Source: Bugula neritina (Eukaryota > Animalia > Bryozoa). From it: a DNA stretch of 64,000 bases. Where the stretch lies: positions 3,483,680 through 3,547,679 of the forward strand of contig OZ037767.1 of NCBI GenBank assembly GCA_964035545.1, given 5' to 3'. Under the pieces are notes generated by a model. That model was not told the origin of the DNA and made no database searches. It saw only the letters and a program-made list of their open reading frames with translations. Numbering within the stretch: position 1 is the first letter of the stretch; each line of letters begins with the position of its first letter. This document shows positions 1-13,700 of the stretch, piece after piece. Made by a program: the position numbers and the translations under genes.

Positions 1-58
1 TATATTACGCTCTCATTTAATGCTCAGCAATGACATTAAATGATTGAGCACTCTCACC

Positions 59-270
59 ATGGTCACAAACTCAAGCTGCTAGCATTTTGCAATGCTCGTG
101 ACTCCTAGGTAACCCCTAGAGTCACTTGAGCACTCTGGCTTGAGTTTACACACCTTTTAAATATGCTTTAGTAAAACTATAAGTTTTACTATTGCGAAGG
201 TCTGGGCCATGGTACTCTGTTCTGTGCTGATGAGGGGACAAATTCCGAAACAGCTGCTGTCCACAGATTG

Positions 271-271
<1 letters not shown>
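59..271 (+). mobile_element. Hammerhead-bearing repeat (Penelope-like pLTR or retrozyme-like), copy 1
   Basis: About 210 bp that align with the reverse complement of 5730-5935. It contains a hammerhead core and runs directly into (TA)n. Confidence 0.7.
221..267 (+). ncRNA. Minimal type-I hammerhead ribozyme
   Basis: Stem I TCTGTG (221-226) pairs with CACAGA (262-267). Core CTGATGA at 227-233, stem II GGGG-acaaa-TTCC, GAAA at 247-250, short stem III CAGC-T-GCTG, cleavage triplet GTC at 259-261. Confidence 0.8.

Positions 272-273
<2 letters not shown>

Positions 274-364
<91 letters not shown>
274..364. repeat. (TA)n microsatellite
   Basis: Pure TA run of about 90 bp. Confidence 0.97.
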
Positions 365-367
<3 letters not shown>

Positions 368-379
368 GTAGCCACTTAC

Positions 380-1249
380 TTGTTCTCAATGCATTCTTCA
401 ACCAAAGTATAGAGTCAGCACTATCAAACACAGCTAGGTATTCACCAGCACTCTCACAGTATGCTTTGGCAGAGCTCCAAGTTTTGCCAACTGTAACAAC
501 TCTGACGCAAGTACTCGAGAACCGGTTATACAGGTAACCACTCTTACACTCAACTCGGTCTGAAGTTTAATAAAATATGTTACATGAAATACGGAAAACA
601 TTTGCAAAGGTTACATCACAGTTAACTGTTCACAATTATTCGAAAAAGTTAGCATGGGCTTTTTACAACTCGTTATGCATGGTTAAATGTAGTTACATTT
701 TCATTTTATAGGTATTTTTAGATACTCACGATAAAATTCATTATTGGCTATAATACTAAAGATTAAGCTATTATCATAATTAGTGCCCTAAAAAGGTTGT
801 TTCAAGTAATCTAGAATACACATTTGCATACATGTTATGCTAAGTTTGTGCATGTTCTTACCCAAAAAAGCTTTAAATGCATTTTATAGCAAACAAAACT
901 AAAGTTGCGTTTATACCTCTGCTGAAAAAATTACCGAATTTAAGTTAATAATCGTGAAGGTATAAACGCAACTTAACAGTGAACAAACAGCAGTAAATGA
1001 AATAAAAACTTGCAAAAATAAGCTATTATTAAAAATTTAACTACATTCAGCATTATGCAATAAACTCAAATGAGATGTAACCCACAATTTTAATAACGTC
1101 TTTTGATGAAAAATTTTGAGTTTTGTACTGTAGTAATAATATCAAAATACTTTAACAAATTTCTTACTGCATGAACCACTGGCAAAGCTCAGCTGAACTT
1201 TAAGGAAGGAAACTAATGTTAAGAGAGCAAGCAGTTTGAGTGTTGCCAT
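380..1249 (-). CDS. Secreted C-type lectin domain protein, 5' part (continues left beyond the window)
   Basis: Exon 1 (1249-1168) gives [27 protein letters not shown], a signal peptide, with a gtaaga donor. Exon 2 (559-380) gives [59 protein letters not shown]. The C..C...TW..A..YC...G.YLA pattern is the N-terminal half of a CTLD, and the phases match (1/1). Confidence 0.85.
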
Positions 1250-1514
1250 GACGATTTACTTTGAGAAACTGTGAGTGATTGCTTCATGCATTACCTTATA
1301 TGCTATATATTATATATGGCTATATACTCTCTCCTTGTGTATATATAAAGCTGTAATATTGCAGCACTTGTAAAACATAATGTAATGTGCTTAACTGACT
1401 CTAAATGGACTTTGTCATGCGACACTGATACATTTCACTTTTTATAGATGCAGCAACTCTAAATTTCTTTATAAAAGTGCATTTTTAATCATGAAAGCTC
1501 CTGGGCTAGTGTCT

Positions 1515-1695
1515 AGACTCTAGGCTCTAGTGATTAGAGCATTAGTTTAGTAAACACAGGGTCAGTAGTTTAAATTCCCAGTAAAGGCTTTTGGTGATGT
1601 TAGGAAAACATTCAGTCATAATTGCTCCTGTGCCACAATATAGTGTTACCATCATAGGTTCTCGCAGAGATGGTGACTATGAATCTCACTTCAGT
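1515..1695 (+). mobile_element. tRNA-derived SINE, degraded copy
   Basis: Shares ttagagcatt...gtaaaggc.tttggtgatgttaggaa...cagtcataattgctcctg...ggtgactat with the copy at 49222. Confidence 0.75.
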
Positions 1696-2158
1696 TCTTT
1701 TTTAATGTACACAAAAATTTCTAAAAGCCTATTAATTGTTGAAGGTCACTTAAATGTCTATAGTTAATAAAAAAGACAATTTCACTAATAATTATAGTTA
1801 CAACTACTGAACGAAGTTGCAAAAGCTTCATATAGTTCAATTCTGTAGGAATACACATTTATTTCCTTTGCATTGCATATTATATTTCAGAAAAGTTATG
1901 ATGGTACAAATAACCATTAAACATACAGGTATAAATTCAACACTACTGCAACCACTTAATCCAAAGAGTAAATTTTAATGCTTTTGTGGTTATATAACAA
2001 ATTAGTTATATTAACAATAGTTCAAGCATGCTATTCTATAATCACTACTCTGTGTAGGTAAATTATATATAACTATAAATCTTATTGTAATAGAATTTTA
2101 TTAGTCTATTGATATGGCAGCATGTTCTAGCTATTGGTTTTAGGTTTTAAAACTCTGT

Positions 2159-5100
2159 TTAATTTATGTTGCTTTGTGCGCTGCCACGTCTAGTCTGACT
2201 GCCTCTCCTGCTGCCTTGTCTGCTGCCTCGTCTGCTGCCACGTCTGCTGCCGTCAAAACCGAGAGACGCTGCAGATTGTGAGTAATAGACGTTCATTATC
2301 CGAGAGCTTCTATGACTCATCATATCTTTATCTCCAGCATTTACTCTGCATAACCAGAATATTCAACATAGTGTCTTGATTTATGACAAATATAATACAT
2401 GTTACAACAGAATAGTGTGCTGTTATGGTATTTACTCAAAAAACCTTCAAAAATGAATATAAAACAATTAATCTTATAAATAATCATCAGAAAAGTTTAT
2501 TTAGAGGGAAAAGACAAACTACTTTATTATATAAAAATATAATCTCGTTGTCCAATAGCAGGACAGCAGTCGTAAAAATAATAGTAAGCTTTTAGGGAGT
2601 GTATGTCACACCTCCTAGCAGCAAGAATTATAACAAGTTTCAAGCAACTCTGAGTTGTTTTAGACTGCTTAAAAGTTTTCCTTAAATATTAAACACATTA
2701 TCACTAACTGACATAAATACTAAGCAAAATCTAATTTATTTTAGCCGACATACCATGTTGACTAAAATAGCTAGCCATAGCTATAGCCTAGTCATTCAAA
2801 TGGCATAATTAGACAACCCCTTCACATAGTATATTATAGACAAGTAAGCATATTAGTTCATGTGGTTTTGTAAAATATAGTGCAATGAATCATGAGCCTT
2901 TGTCGTATAATGAGAAAAATTTACATAGGCATATAAACACACGTATAGTATTTACAATTGTGGTCTATAATACAGATATTCATACAAAATATAAATAAAT
3001 GCGAAAAATTGTAAGTACTACTTTAGATAAAAAACACAAACTTATGTTTCTGATACTGCTGTATCATATACGGGTATAGTTGTGTTTAGATTCAAATATA
3101 TAGATATAGTCGTACTTAAAAATATTTATTGTTTATTTAATTTTAAAGAAACTACTAGCCGTAAAGTTACATATTAAGGATAATATTCATACATATTGTA
3201 ATCCCAGCTTCTCCTGTATCGTAAGTAACATACTACGACAGTTGCAGATATGGCTATGAAGCTCACAGAACTGAACATGAGGATCCAGAATAGAAGTGGT
3301 AGAGAGAGTACAAAGTCTAATGAACCCTTAAATATCTTGTCACTATTAACTGCAATAAAATATATCGTTACTAGTAAATAATTTTATTTTGCTAACTAAC
3401 TGGTTAACAATGCTCATGCTATTGTAAATTATTAGGCAAGAATCAAAGAGAAATTAAAAAAATAGAATAATTAAAACATGGATAACTTGAGTTAAAATAT
3501 TCAGCAAAATTTGTATTAAAATAAAGCAGAAAATCGTTTATCAATTTTTCTTGTTTTTTGCGAGTCTATAAAAAGTAGAATCAACTATTTTCTTCAAGAT
3601 GTTATACCAATTATAAGAATAAAAGAGAATTGCAAGTCTTACCTGTAGTGATTGGTAAGGTTGACATTGTAGTTGTACTCGTAGTCGTGGTGATGGTGGT
3701 ATTTAGTTTTGCAGCCTAGAATACTCGTAAAACTTGTACAAGTAAGAAATGAAATGCAAACTATGCTGCATACTATAATAACAAATATAATATTAAAATA
3801 AAATTACAATAAATATGTATACTAATAATTGGTACAAAAATTAGAGAAATATAATAAAATATGTACAAAGGTTGGCAAAACAGAGACTTACAGCAATTGT
3901 AGGTTTGGTAAAGATGCCTTTCAGTATCAGCTGAGATACTAACCACGCAGGGTATGATGGACTTGGTGAAGGAGTAGCTACAAAAATATAAACTAACGTT
4001 AATATAACTGTCTGACTCTATTTTCATATAATGTCTAAATATAACATATAAATAGTAAACTTTCAACAAGCAATTTTAGAAAGTTTATGGTAAATATTTC
4101 AAAAACCTAAAAGATGTTTTAATGTTTCGCATTGCTGAACAATATTTACAATACATATGGCAAAACTATATTATTGTTAAAAAGAATGCTATGTTTTTTT
4201 TCTATGAAATTTCTTTGCATTATAATGTACTAAAAACATAAACTAGCTCAGAAAGTTTAATGTTACATATTGTTTTGCAGGAAAGTAATCCGCAACTAAA
4301 AATGAACAAACCACGGTTGGATGTTTCAATGCATTGAAATCTAGTAAAAGAAAATTTGCTGTTCTCTCCTTGACTCCATAACCCTGGTCTCAAACAAGCA
4401 GCCATGGGTGCATAGAAGCTGTTTGGGATCATGCGTTGGCCGGGTGCCAAATTTTGAGCACCAGCTGGTCTTTCCTCACACTATAATCAAATAGCTATTA
4501 CATCACGGGTTTTCTCTTACCAAGTTTAAAACCTGCTCTTCAGCACTACGTTACCCAACCTATTAGCCAGGCAGGTAAAACTTATTCATGTGATATTAAG
4601 CTATAACTTGCTCCAAGGTGAGTGATTTGTATTGCCATCTGATGTTATATTCTTGTGTAATAGTTTTCCTTTTACTCTGCTTCAATATATAAGAGGGGAT
4701 AACTTTGAATTATGATGACCAAATCATGATGTAGATGCGTTAATCAAAACAGTCGATTAAATCTTCTGATAAACAATTCATGACATGCATATTTCATGCA
4801 GCAAGTTGATTATTTAGTAACTCAATTTAAAACTAATGCCCAAAAACATTTTCAAAAGCAAACAAGGAAACGTCATTCATTGAAAATTCACTTCAACTTT
4901 TAGACAAAAGTACTTTAAATTATATAGCCATGTTATTATTCATTTTGTGTATATTGTGAATGTTACAAATGTAAAATCTGTATGTATGTTACTAGAAAAT
5001 TAAAATCAGCATTGATATAAATCTTAGCTTTAATTTTCCATACTCACAGTTAGCGTACACACTGTACCGTAGGCCACTTCTGCTGCTTGACAAAGTTCTG

Positions 5101-5489
5101 GTTCCAGTTTCCGTGCCAACTCATCGTTGATCATATTATACTTCCACAAGGGGGATCTAGACAACAGTTGTGCTGTGGAACAACCTACAAATTTCAAATA
5201 TTGTATGTGTATTTGCAGTTGTTCATAGCTATTAGTATTGCTTATTTAAAGTTTAAATTAAATATTATTTATAGCTAATTTCTTTCATTTATAATCTCTC
5301 AATACTACTAATATGTTATTATAAACTGCATGTTCAAATTACTCAATCGTTGATAGACTGCAATTTGTTATATGTTAAAAAGCTACTAATTAATCTAAAC
5401 ATAATAATAGAACACTAACCTGCACAGCAAGCACACGTAAATTGGATTATCAAAGAGAGAATAACTCTGGTAAACTGCGCAATGTTCAT
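2159..5489 (-). CDS. Type-I membrane protein (~292 aa): signal peptide, sushi/CCP-like domain, Thr-rich stalk, TM helix, RRGS-repeat cytoplasmic tail
   Basis: Seven phase-consistent GT-AG exons: 5489-5420, 5184-5048, 4480-4312, 3977-3892, 3715-3643, 3349-3193, 2345-2159. Key segments are MNIAQFTRVILSLIIQFTCACCA; C...YGTVCTLTC...ACLRPGLWS...FQC; TTITTTTSTTT; LPLLFWILMFSSVSFIAISATVVVCYLRYRR; and SRRGSRRGSRQGSRRGSQTRRGSAQSNIN*. Confidence 0.8.
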
Positions 5490-5729
5490 AATAGTTTAAC
5501 AGACTCAAGAGAACTTAACTAGCTTTTATGTGCATCAATTTCTCTTTAAATCCAACAATGATGTGTTTGTAGTTTAGATTTAATGTAAGCAAAAATAATT
5601 CTATCATACAGTGTAGTTAGAATTATTATTTAATAATAATCAATTCTGACAATAATCTGTATCTTAGGTTAGTATGGGAATAGGTTCTTAGAAATATTGT
5701 TGTATACAAATATATTCTTGTACACATAT

Positions 5730-5935
5730 CAATCTGTGGTCAGTATAGCTGTTTCGGGATTCGCCTCCTCATCAGCATAGAACAGAGTACCCTGGGCCAC
5801 ACCTTTGCAATAGTCGAAACATATGTTTCTACTAAGGCATATCTAAAAGAGATGTAAACTCAAGGCAAAGAGCTCAAGTGACTCTAACGCCGTGAGCCTT
5901 GCAAATTAATGCTACCAGCTTGAGTTTGTAACCAT
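5730..5935 (-). mobile_element. Hammerhead-bearing repeat, copy 2 (inverted relative to copy 1, ribozyme degenerate)
   Basis: Reverse complement aligns with 59-271. The hammerhead at 5781-5733 reads tctatg CTGATGA ggaggcgaatccc GAAAC agctatact GAC cacaga, with GAC where copy 1 has GTC. Confidence 0.7.
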
Positions 5936-6125
5936 ATATATTTACTGTGTTTAATCAAATATCAGGTGCATTAGAAAAATTTACATTTACATAGTGAGTG
6001 AATCAATTTTATTCAACGCAAATTTTACAACAAACTTTATTTTCAGGCTACACAACAATACTTCTATACAGAAATGCCAAAAATTTAACTGCAAAAATTA
6101 AAAAATAAAACCCATGCAACTAGTT

Positions 6126-9100
6126 TTATAAGAATTCTAAGCTTTTTGTTATTGGTTTCCAAGTTAAATTGGGTGTCTGGGAAGTTCTAAACAACTTATT
6201 CCACTCCTTTTGTGTTTTAATACTCATATTAGCAGAGTCTAGAGTTGTAACAATCTGTGGCAGAACTCTTGATGCTTTTTCTACTGCTTGATCATGTGAC
6301 CTTTCATACTCTGCAAGAATATTGATGAAATATAAATTTTTTATTACATTAAATATATAATTATTTACATCTACTTATTGTAAGCAAACGATATTCTGCT
6401 TTCTATAATTATAGATAATGGTATGTCTAATAATAAAACTAGTGTACATGGGTAGAAGGAATTATTCTATTATATATTGTGTGAAACACATGTTCCAAAA
6501 AATGGCATTTATTTATAAGCATGAAATAGTCTAGAATCACCTCTAAACAAATTTGATTATACACTGTATTTATATTATTGCATATGCTTTGTTGTAAAAG
6601 ACATTAATTGGTAAAATGTTTGTTGTTAGGAGACCAATTGTTTAACTTAAAAATAAATAGATAAGAAATAAAACTAAAAAAATCCTTTCGCAAAACAAAA
6701 TAGTTTAGTTTTGCAGACAGTAAAACTACTGCTAATAAAAATATTTTTAAGAATGTGATTCTAAAATCAGTTGATATTTTAGAGTAAAATTTTATGTTTT
6801 TGACATAATTTTTTTATTTATCTTCATTTATAGCATTTTGGCCAATCTTTTTATTGCCATGATAAAATCCTAAATTATTGAAAAAAGTGTTTTCTTCATT
6901 TATAATGTAAATCACATTTACTAAAAAAATTAATAATGACTTAATGTTTAAAAAAGAAAAGTATATAGATTATGATAAAATATTCTTTTTATAACTATAT
7001 TCATTATAATAGATCTACTAACTCACTTGCTAGAGCTGCCATGACCTTTGCACTTTGGTTTAATTCTTTATTTAAAATGAGTCTGTCAACCTTGTTATAG
7101 AGATCTTCCTGTTTTCCCTCCAAATCCTTTCTAAATGTTTGAATTGTCTTCTCATGATCTTTTACAACAGATTTGAAGTGCTCGTTCTCAGCAGCAGCAG
7201 CAGCTGACTTCCTGTTTAGATAAGCTGCTGTTTTATTACATAATTTTTGTTATATAACAAGTTCTAAGTGACTAATTACTGTATATTGTAAGTAATGTCT
7301 AGTTTTGTCACATTTTTCTTTTAAAAACATTTTATTACTTACCCCAAAATATTGCATTTTATAAAAGCAGTAATAAAATTATTATACAATTAAATTTCGA
7401 AAGCTTTTCAAGACTATACAATTCAAAAGAAATAAAAAGAAAAAACATATTTGCTAACTCTTTTTTGTCAAAGGAAGTTCTATGCACTAGTTGTATGTGC
7501 ATGCATATCTCAAACTTTGAAATTTTTACCCACCCTCGTTTTTGACGAAATTTTACATCCAAATGTTTTTGTTTTGTAAATGACATTTTCTCCACTGCGC
7601 TCAAGGATTTGCTTCTTCCTGTGAAGGTTTTGTGTTCCTAAAGTAAATATTTATATTTTTAAAATATTAAATGAAAGTTTTTTAGTGGCATCAATTAAAT
7701 TGCAACATTAAAATTGAATCAAAAATGTTAGGTTACTTTATTAAACATATAAATAACTACATTATATATTTAGTTCAATAGTCACTTTAAATGACAAGAG
7801 CTCTAAAATATGAACTGGATATGTTGTATAGACTAAGCGTATACGCACGTAAAGAGGTTGAGTAGGCGGAGTTATAGTTTCTTCACCAGCTGATTGCTTC
7901 ATCAAACTGTCAATCATCTGGAAAGGGTTTCTAATAGCACCTCCAAATGATTTGTAAAACTCTTCATCTTCTTCCCAAAAGCTTTTTGATGATCAAATAA
8001 GATAAATTATAAGCGTTTTGTTTTTTTAAACAACAACACATATAAAAATTGGCACAAGAGTCAAATTGTATTGAAGTGTGTTATCAACAAAAAATTCTAG
8101 TTTGCAAGATCAGTTGCCATCCAATCGAAAAAAGTAAACAGAACATTACCGATGCTTTCAAAACTTGAGATCTATTTATAAAAATGCAGCTAAACTACTT
8201 TCCACATTAAAAACTTAAATGTATACAGAAAAGCTTTCAAGTATTGGTTACGTATGCATGAGTATCCAAGCTTTTAGTTTTCTGCTCAGGAAATCTGTTT
8301 ATTGTGCTAATTATTGATTATTCTTTTATCTATGAAGTAGCAAACCAAGATGCATAATTATATATTTCTATTTCATAATATATAATATTGTATATTTTTT
8401 ATTTTAATTATGTATCTATTATATTATAATTACCTTTTTCTATCATTCCTTTTGCTATAGTTTACTGGTTTCCTCATCTCTATAAGACTTTCTCTCCTGG
8501 AGTCAAGCACTTGGCGGAACAATAGTTCTTCCACCACACTTGGACCAGATATCTCTTGGAACGGTTTCTCTTTGGAGTTTTCCAACAAAGTTTTAAATGT
8601 CTCTTTATCACCTTAAACATATTGTCAAGTAACTCATTATTATATTATATTATATTATATTATAATATATTATATTATATTATATTATAATATATTAATA
8701 TATTATATTATATTATATTATTATATTATATTATATGGTAATGGTAATACTTTAATGTCTATGATGAAAAATCTCACCCATAGTTTATATTATTGCTAGT
8801 AACTATACTTTCAATACATGCATCTCACGTAGTAAACAGCAATTATGTCTGATACTCCTTGGAATTATAAATAATTTAGCGTAAAATGATTTTCAGAGAA
8901 TATCAGCATAAACTAAAACTGAATATGCCAGACTGTACTTACCTGAAGCCTTGGTAAGGTCAAGTTCACTTTTCTCTATCATATTTCCTAGCTTTGAGCG
9001 CAAGTACTGCTGAGATCTGTAAGTTTTAAGGGACACCACAAACCTCTCCCTATCATATTGTTTCATTAGTGATCGTAGAACTACTTGATCTTTCATACGC

Positions 9101-9516
9101 TGAGACTTTATCTATAAGAAGAGGTAACTGTTTCTTTATTATGTCAAATTGCATGTGAATAAAACTATTTATGTATATACAATATTTTAATACTTATAAT
9201 TCAGATTGGAATTAAGCATAAAAAAATCTAAATACTACATGCAACTTTTTTTATTATAAATTATATCAAAAACCATGGCTATGATATTCAACCATTTACA
9301 AAATGCTCATAAATATTACATATTGATATTTTGTAGTATTTTGTAGAGTTACGTTTTTACTTACTCTGTGGCAGTTTTCCACTTTTTCTAAACCAAGATA
9401 GGCATTTTTAATAAGGATAGCTCTTTTCTTATCAGCCAGAATTTTATCTTGGCCTTGAGCAATCTGAAATATATATATACATTATATATACATAATATAT
9501 ATATATATATATATTA

Positions 9517-9572
<56 letters not shown>

Positions 9573-9612
9573 GATAATACCAAAACATGTTATAATAACT
9601 TAAACTCACCAT
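6126..9612 (-). CDS. Uncharacterised protein (~350 aa, charged and helical, no family recognised); start uncertain
   Basis: Phase-consistent exons at approximately 9612-9610 (ATG|gtgagt), 9463-9365, 9111-8943, 8611-8434, 7981-7849, 7637-7534, 7211-7027 and 6310-6126. They read IAQGQDKILADKK...MKDQVVLRSLMKQYDRERF...FWEEDEEFYKSFGG...KEWNKLFRTSQTPNLTWKPITKSLEFL*. A minus-strand AATAAA lies at 6036-6041. Confidence 0.7.
8637..8736. repeat. (TATTA)n microsatellite
   Basis: Tandem pentamer in an intron. Confidence 0.9.
9469..9571. repeat. Compound (TA)n/(TG)n microsatellite
   Basis: Read directly from the sequence. Confidence 0.9.
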
Positions 9613-10702
9613 TTTGTTTCACATACTTTTACAATCAACTGCTCCGAGTGTCTGATTCTGAGAAAGCTTAGAGCTTTCGCAAACTAACTTTTCATCAATA
9701 ATATTGATTCCTGATTCTACAGTAAAATGCTGAGCCTAAAAAGTTAGCTCAATAAAAAATATATGTTAGTTTTCACTTTTTTTCCAAGTAATTCATATTT
9801 ATGGCTATAAACTGAAACCTGCTGAGTTGATATAAATTTATTTTTATGCATATTAAATTGTAACATATATTGATCACATTATAATATAAAACGTTTGCGC
9901 AAACAGTCTTTTAATTTCAGATTTATACAGTATAAATGCTGTTTTGCAGTTCCCATACTTTGCAATTATAGTTACGCATATGCTGTGAAAGTGGCTAAAT
10001 TGAAAATCAATATTGTCAACATTTCACTTGTAAAATGATATAATAGTCAATGAGGTTTCCAGGATCTGCTGAAATACAGCTGAGCCATTTTTAATTTATA
10101 AACAAGTCTAGTAAAATATTGATTCAATGTTTCGCACTCAAAGTAGCGATTGAATTCAAATGAAAAGTAAATACTGTGTTGTTATACGGGTTATGTATGC
10201 TTAGTTTAGTAAAAGAAAAACTAACATAAAAAAGTATTGACTATAATAGCTATCTGTATTATGTATCAGAGCATATTATGTTTTGTTATGTTATATTACA
10301 ATATAATATATTATACTGTCATATTATAAGTAAAAGTATACCATATTATATTATAACTGAAAGCATATCCTACTATGCTACAAGTATGATATTATAAATA
10401 AAACTATATATATACATATTACATAGATGTATATTGCAACATGATCTAACATAACAAAATCATTATAATTTATTTTTAGTAGTAAAAGTTCAAAGCATCA
10501 AAAATATTATTTTTTTTATTCTTCAAACAAACAGATTATTTTACAATAAACTAGTAGGTGTATAAAAAGTTGAGCATTATAAACCATGTTTGCAGTAAAA
10601 AAAAAAATTTTAACAAAAATAAATATTCAAATGTTTCTTCTTGAGCCGCAATAGTCACATGACCTTTCAGACAAACAAGTCAGCAGAAAGCCAACTCCAA
10701 AC

Positions 10703-13700
10703 TCAGATGTTTTCATAGCTGCCAGAATTGGGAACTTTACCTTTTCTAACAACAAACAGTACTCCATCCTAAAAAGCATCATTTAGATTAGTGCAAAGAA
10801 AATATTTTTAACATTTAAGTAACCACTGCGTTTGCATGACGTTTTGCATTAACTTGTAGTTGTGGTTTCCATTAGGTGAGTAAAAAATCCATTCACATAA
10901 TTTGATTGATGGAAACTCAGTGAATATGGGTATAGTATAGAGTTAACCTATGCTTATATATAATCAAAGATTTGTTATGTAATATATATGTAGCTACTTT
11001 ATTTAGCAATGTGCCAGTTTTGGTGCATGTATTCTAGGGTTTCTAAAATTTGAAAGACTAAATTACGAACTTGATGCAACTTTAAAATATTTGGCCCAAA
11101 CTTATTCAGGAAAATAGGCCAATCTGTAGCATATTATTATGTTTGACAAAAACTAAGAATATCTTTATACCATTTCTAGAAGAGTCAACTTAATTAAGCA
11201 TGTCAAGCAAGTAGCTTACTATATTAACAGTAAAATGTATTACATTGCTATTAGTCAATACAAAATGAGATCTTATAGCTATGCAAGTATGCTATTATTA
11301 ATTACTAGTATGGTTTTGTTTTGGAAACTTGCCATAGCAAGCTATTTGGTAAAAGAACAGCTTTCATTATGTGCTCTTCACTCTACACAAATTTGCTAAA
11401 TGCATGTTTCCCTAAGCAACAACAACACGCAACGGAAGAAAACATTTAAAGTTTACCATACATTGTACTGGCATTACAGTCTAAACTTTATTATTAAGAA
11501 TTTGGTAACGCATAAAAATTACTTTGGGAAATTATGATTGCAGAAACCTCAAAGCATCAATGCGTATAATAATCAAACCAATGATTTTAAAGCTCAAAGA
11601 CATTCCACCCAACAGCAAAGTTAATATACTTATACAAAGCTATACTTATAGCTATGCAGCGTTTAGGGCTGCAGTAGTTGTTAGGATCAAGCCTTTTTAT
11701 AAAAGTAAGTTTTAAGTATCTGTTTGGAAATGACTAAAATGCTATTATTGCGATCGTTACAAACCTTTACCAAGCCCGGGATCTTAATCCAGATTGTCCT
11801 GTTGAGAATGAGATCTATACCTTCTGCCTTTTTTACAAATTTCATAATAAGAACACCGGCTACTACATACACCACTAGGAGCACCAATACTCTGTGAAAG
11901 ATAAATAGAGAAGACAACTATTTCAGCAACTATAAGAAAAGTCAAATTAGTATACGCAATATGTGTATAATCACAATGTTGTCAAAATCCATAATGATAA
12001 AAAGATAGTTTAAAAGTAAGCTATTAGCATTTTTCTATTTTATAGGGATAGCATGGCTCAAGGCTGGGACTTTGAAATTTGGTTTATAAACATAAGCTTT
12101 AAATGCCATAAAGTAAGCAAAAGCACTTAACAATACAGAAGTTGTAATAGCTGAAAGTATTTAAAGATCGAACAGCAGCACGTCTTACATAATGAGTAAC
12201 ACCGAGCCTCCACTAAGCCCCTTCTTGCTTCCACCACCATGGTTTGGGCCTGTGGGGGTTAGACATGCTCCTGGCCCTTTAAGATCTGCTTTCTATATAA
12301 AACAAGCACAAAGTAGGCTTACCTATGCATAAGGTACAGTTCAACAGCATAAGTGTAATATCAATCTTTTTTTAAATATATCAGACTCGGTTGGTATATA
12401 AGGCTTGTAACATATGCTAATAATAGATTAGATAAATAAATAATTTTGTAATTTATATAAATCTTTACTTTTTCTATAAAAGTGCAACCTGAGCTAAATT
12501 AGTAATTAATTACATGAGGAAAACACAAATTTTCTCTTTATTGAGTTGAAAAGTGTAACAATGTACTTTTTTTGGTAAAAATGGAAATTATTATATATGT
12601 GCTAAAATAAAAGTTTGTGCAAGTAATATTATTCAATGCAAGTACACTTACTGAATCACTGGAGTCACTGGCCACCGTTAGTGAAGTATTGTAGGCATTT
12701 TTAGCACAAGTGAAGACAATGGAAAATGTGCTAAAATTATAAAATTAATTCTGATTTAAGTTACTCGATCTTTATGAAAATACATGTTGCGCAGTTTCTT
12801 TTAAAAGAGCAACAAATTTTATCTTAATTATGACATGTTTAAATTTGCATTCATTTTAAATATTATTTCTATACTTCACATATTAAAATGATGTGGAAGT
12901 GAGAATACATGAAATAAATCAGGAATAAACCTAACCGCATACTGCAGGAAATAGCTCCACTGATTTTAGAAATAAACATAAATTACAATTTACTAAACAC
13001 TAAGCATACAGCTAGGGCAGCTTAGCCAATAATCAAACATTATCAATAGATTTGCAGAAGTAAAAAGAGTTTACACAGATATAGTGAATATTTTACTTGG
13101 AGTTTTCATCTGTATATTGGAGAGACAACTTCCCCTCAGAGTTAGACTTGAATTGAGATCTTGCCTTAGTACCTTCGCTGACACAAGTCACCGTTGGAGG
13201 AGACACTCCATAGAACTTTGTCACCCTGATTAACTGCAGCATTGTAAAACAAAATATAGTGAGATTCAAATCTCATACCAACTTTTGCTGAAAATTTATT
13301 TACTGAAATGTAGTTGTAATTCGATTCTCTTGGTTAATTTTTAATAAAGCTCATTTACATTTTTAGAAAACTTTTAAACATGCTTTTGTTGCTATAAGAT
13401 AATTTTCTTAACAGTTATAATTTATGACTTTCACAGGTAACTAAAAGTTCTTACAGGTAATCATAGGTAACTGGACTTTGATACTAAGTATTAACATAAT
13501 CATAACCATCACAGGCAATGCATCTTTTGCAGGCTTACATGCTCTAATACCTATGATGTTTTAAATTCATTCTAAAAACTTGTAATTCAACAGCAAAAAT
13601 ATGTTATGAGCTGAAGAACAAGTAGATGCCTGACTCACCTCACTAGCATCTAGATTAGAGCAATCACTAAGGCTAACATCATTGCACGGATTCCAATACA

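Noticed and set aside
157-431. YIYIYI ORFs here and at 20491-20777
   Set aside because: They are translations of (TA)n microsatellites. Only the [16 protein letters not shown] part belongs to a real exon.
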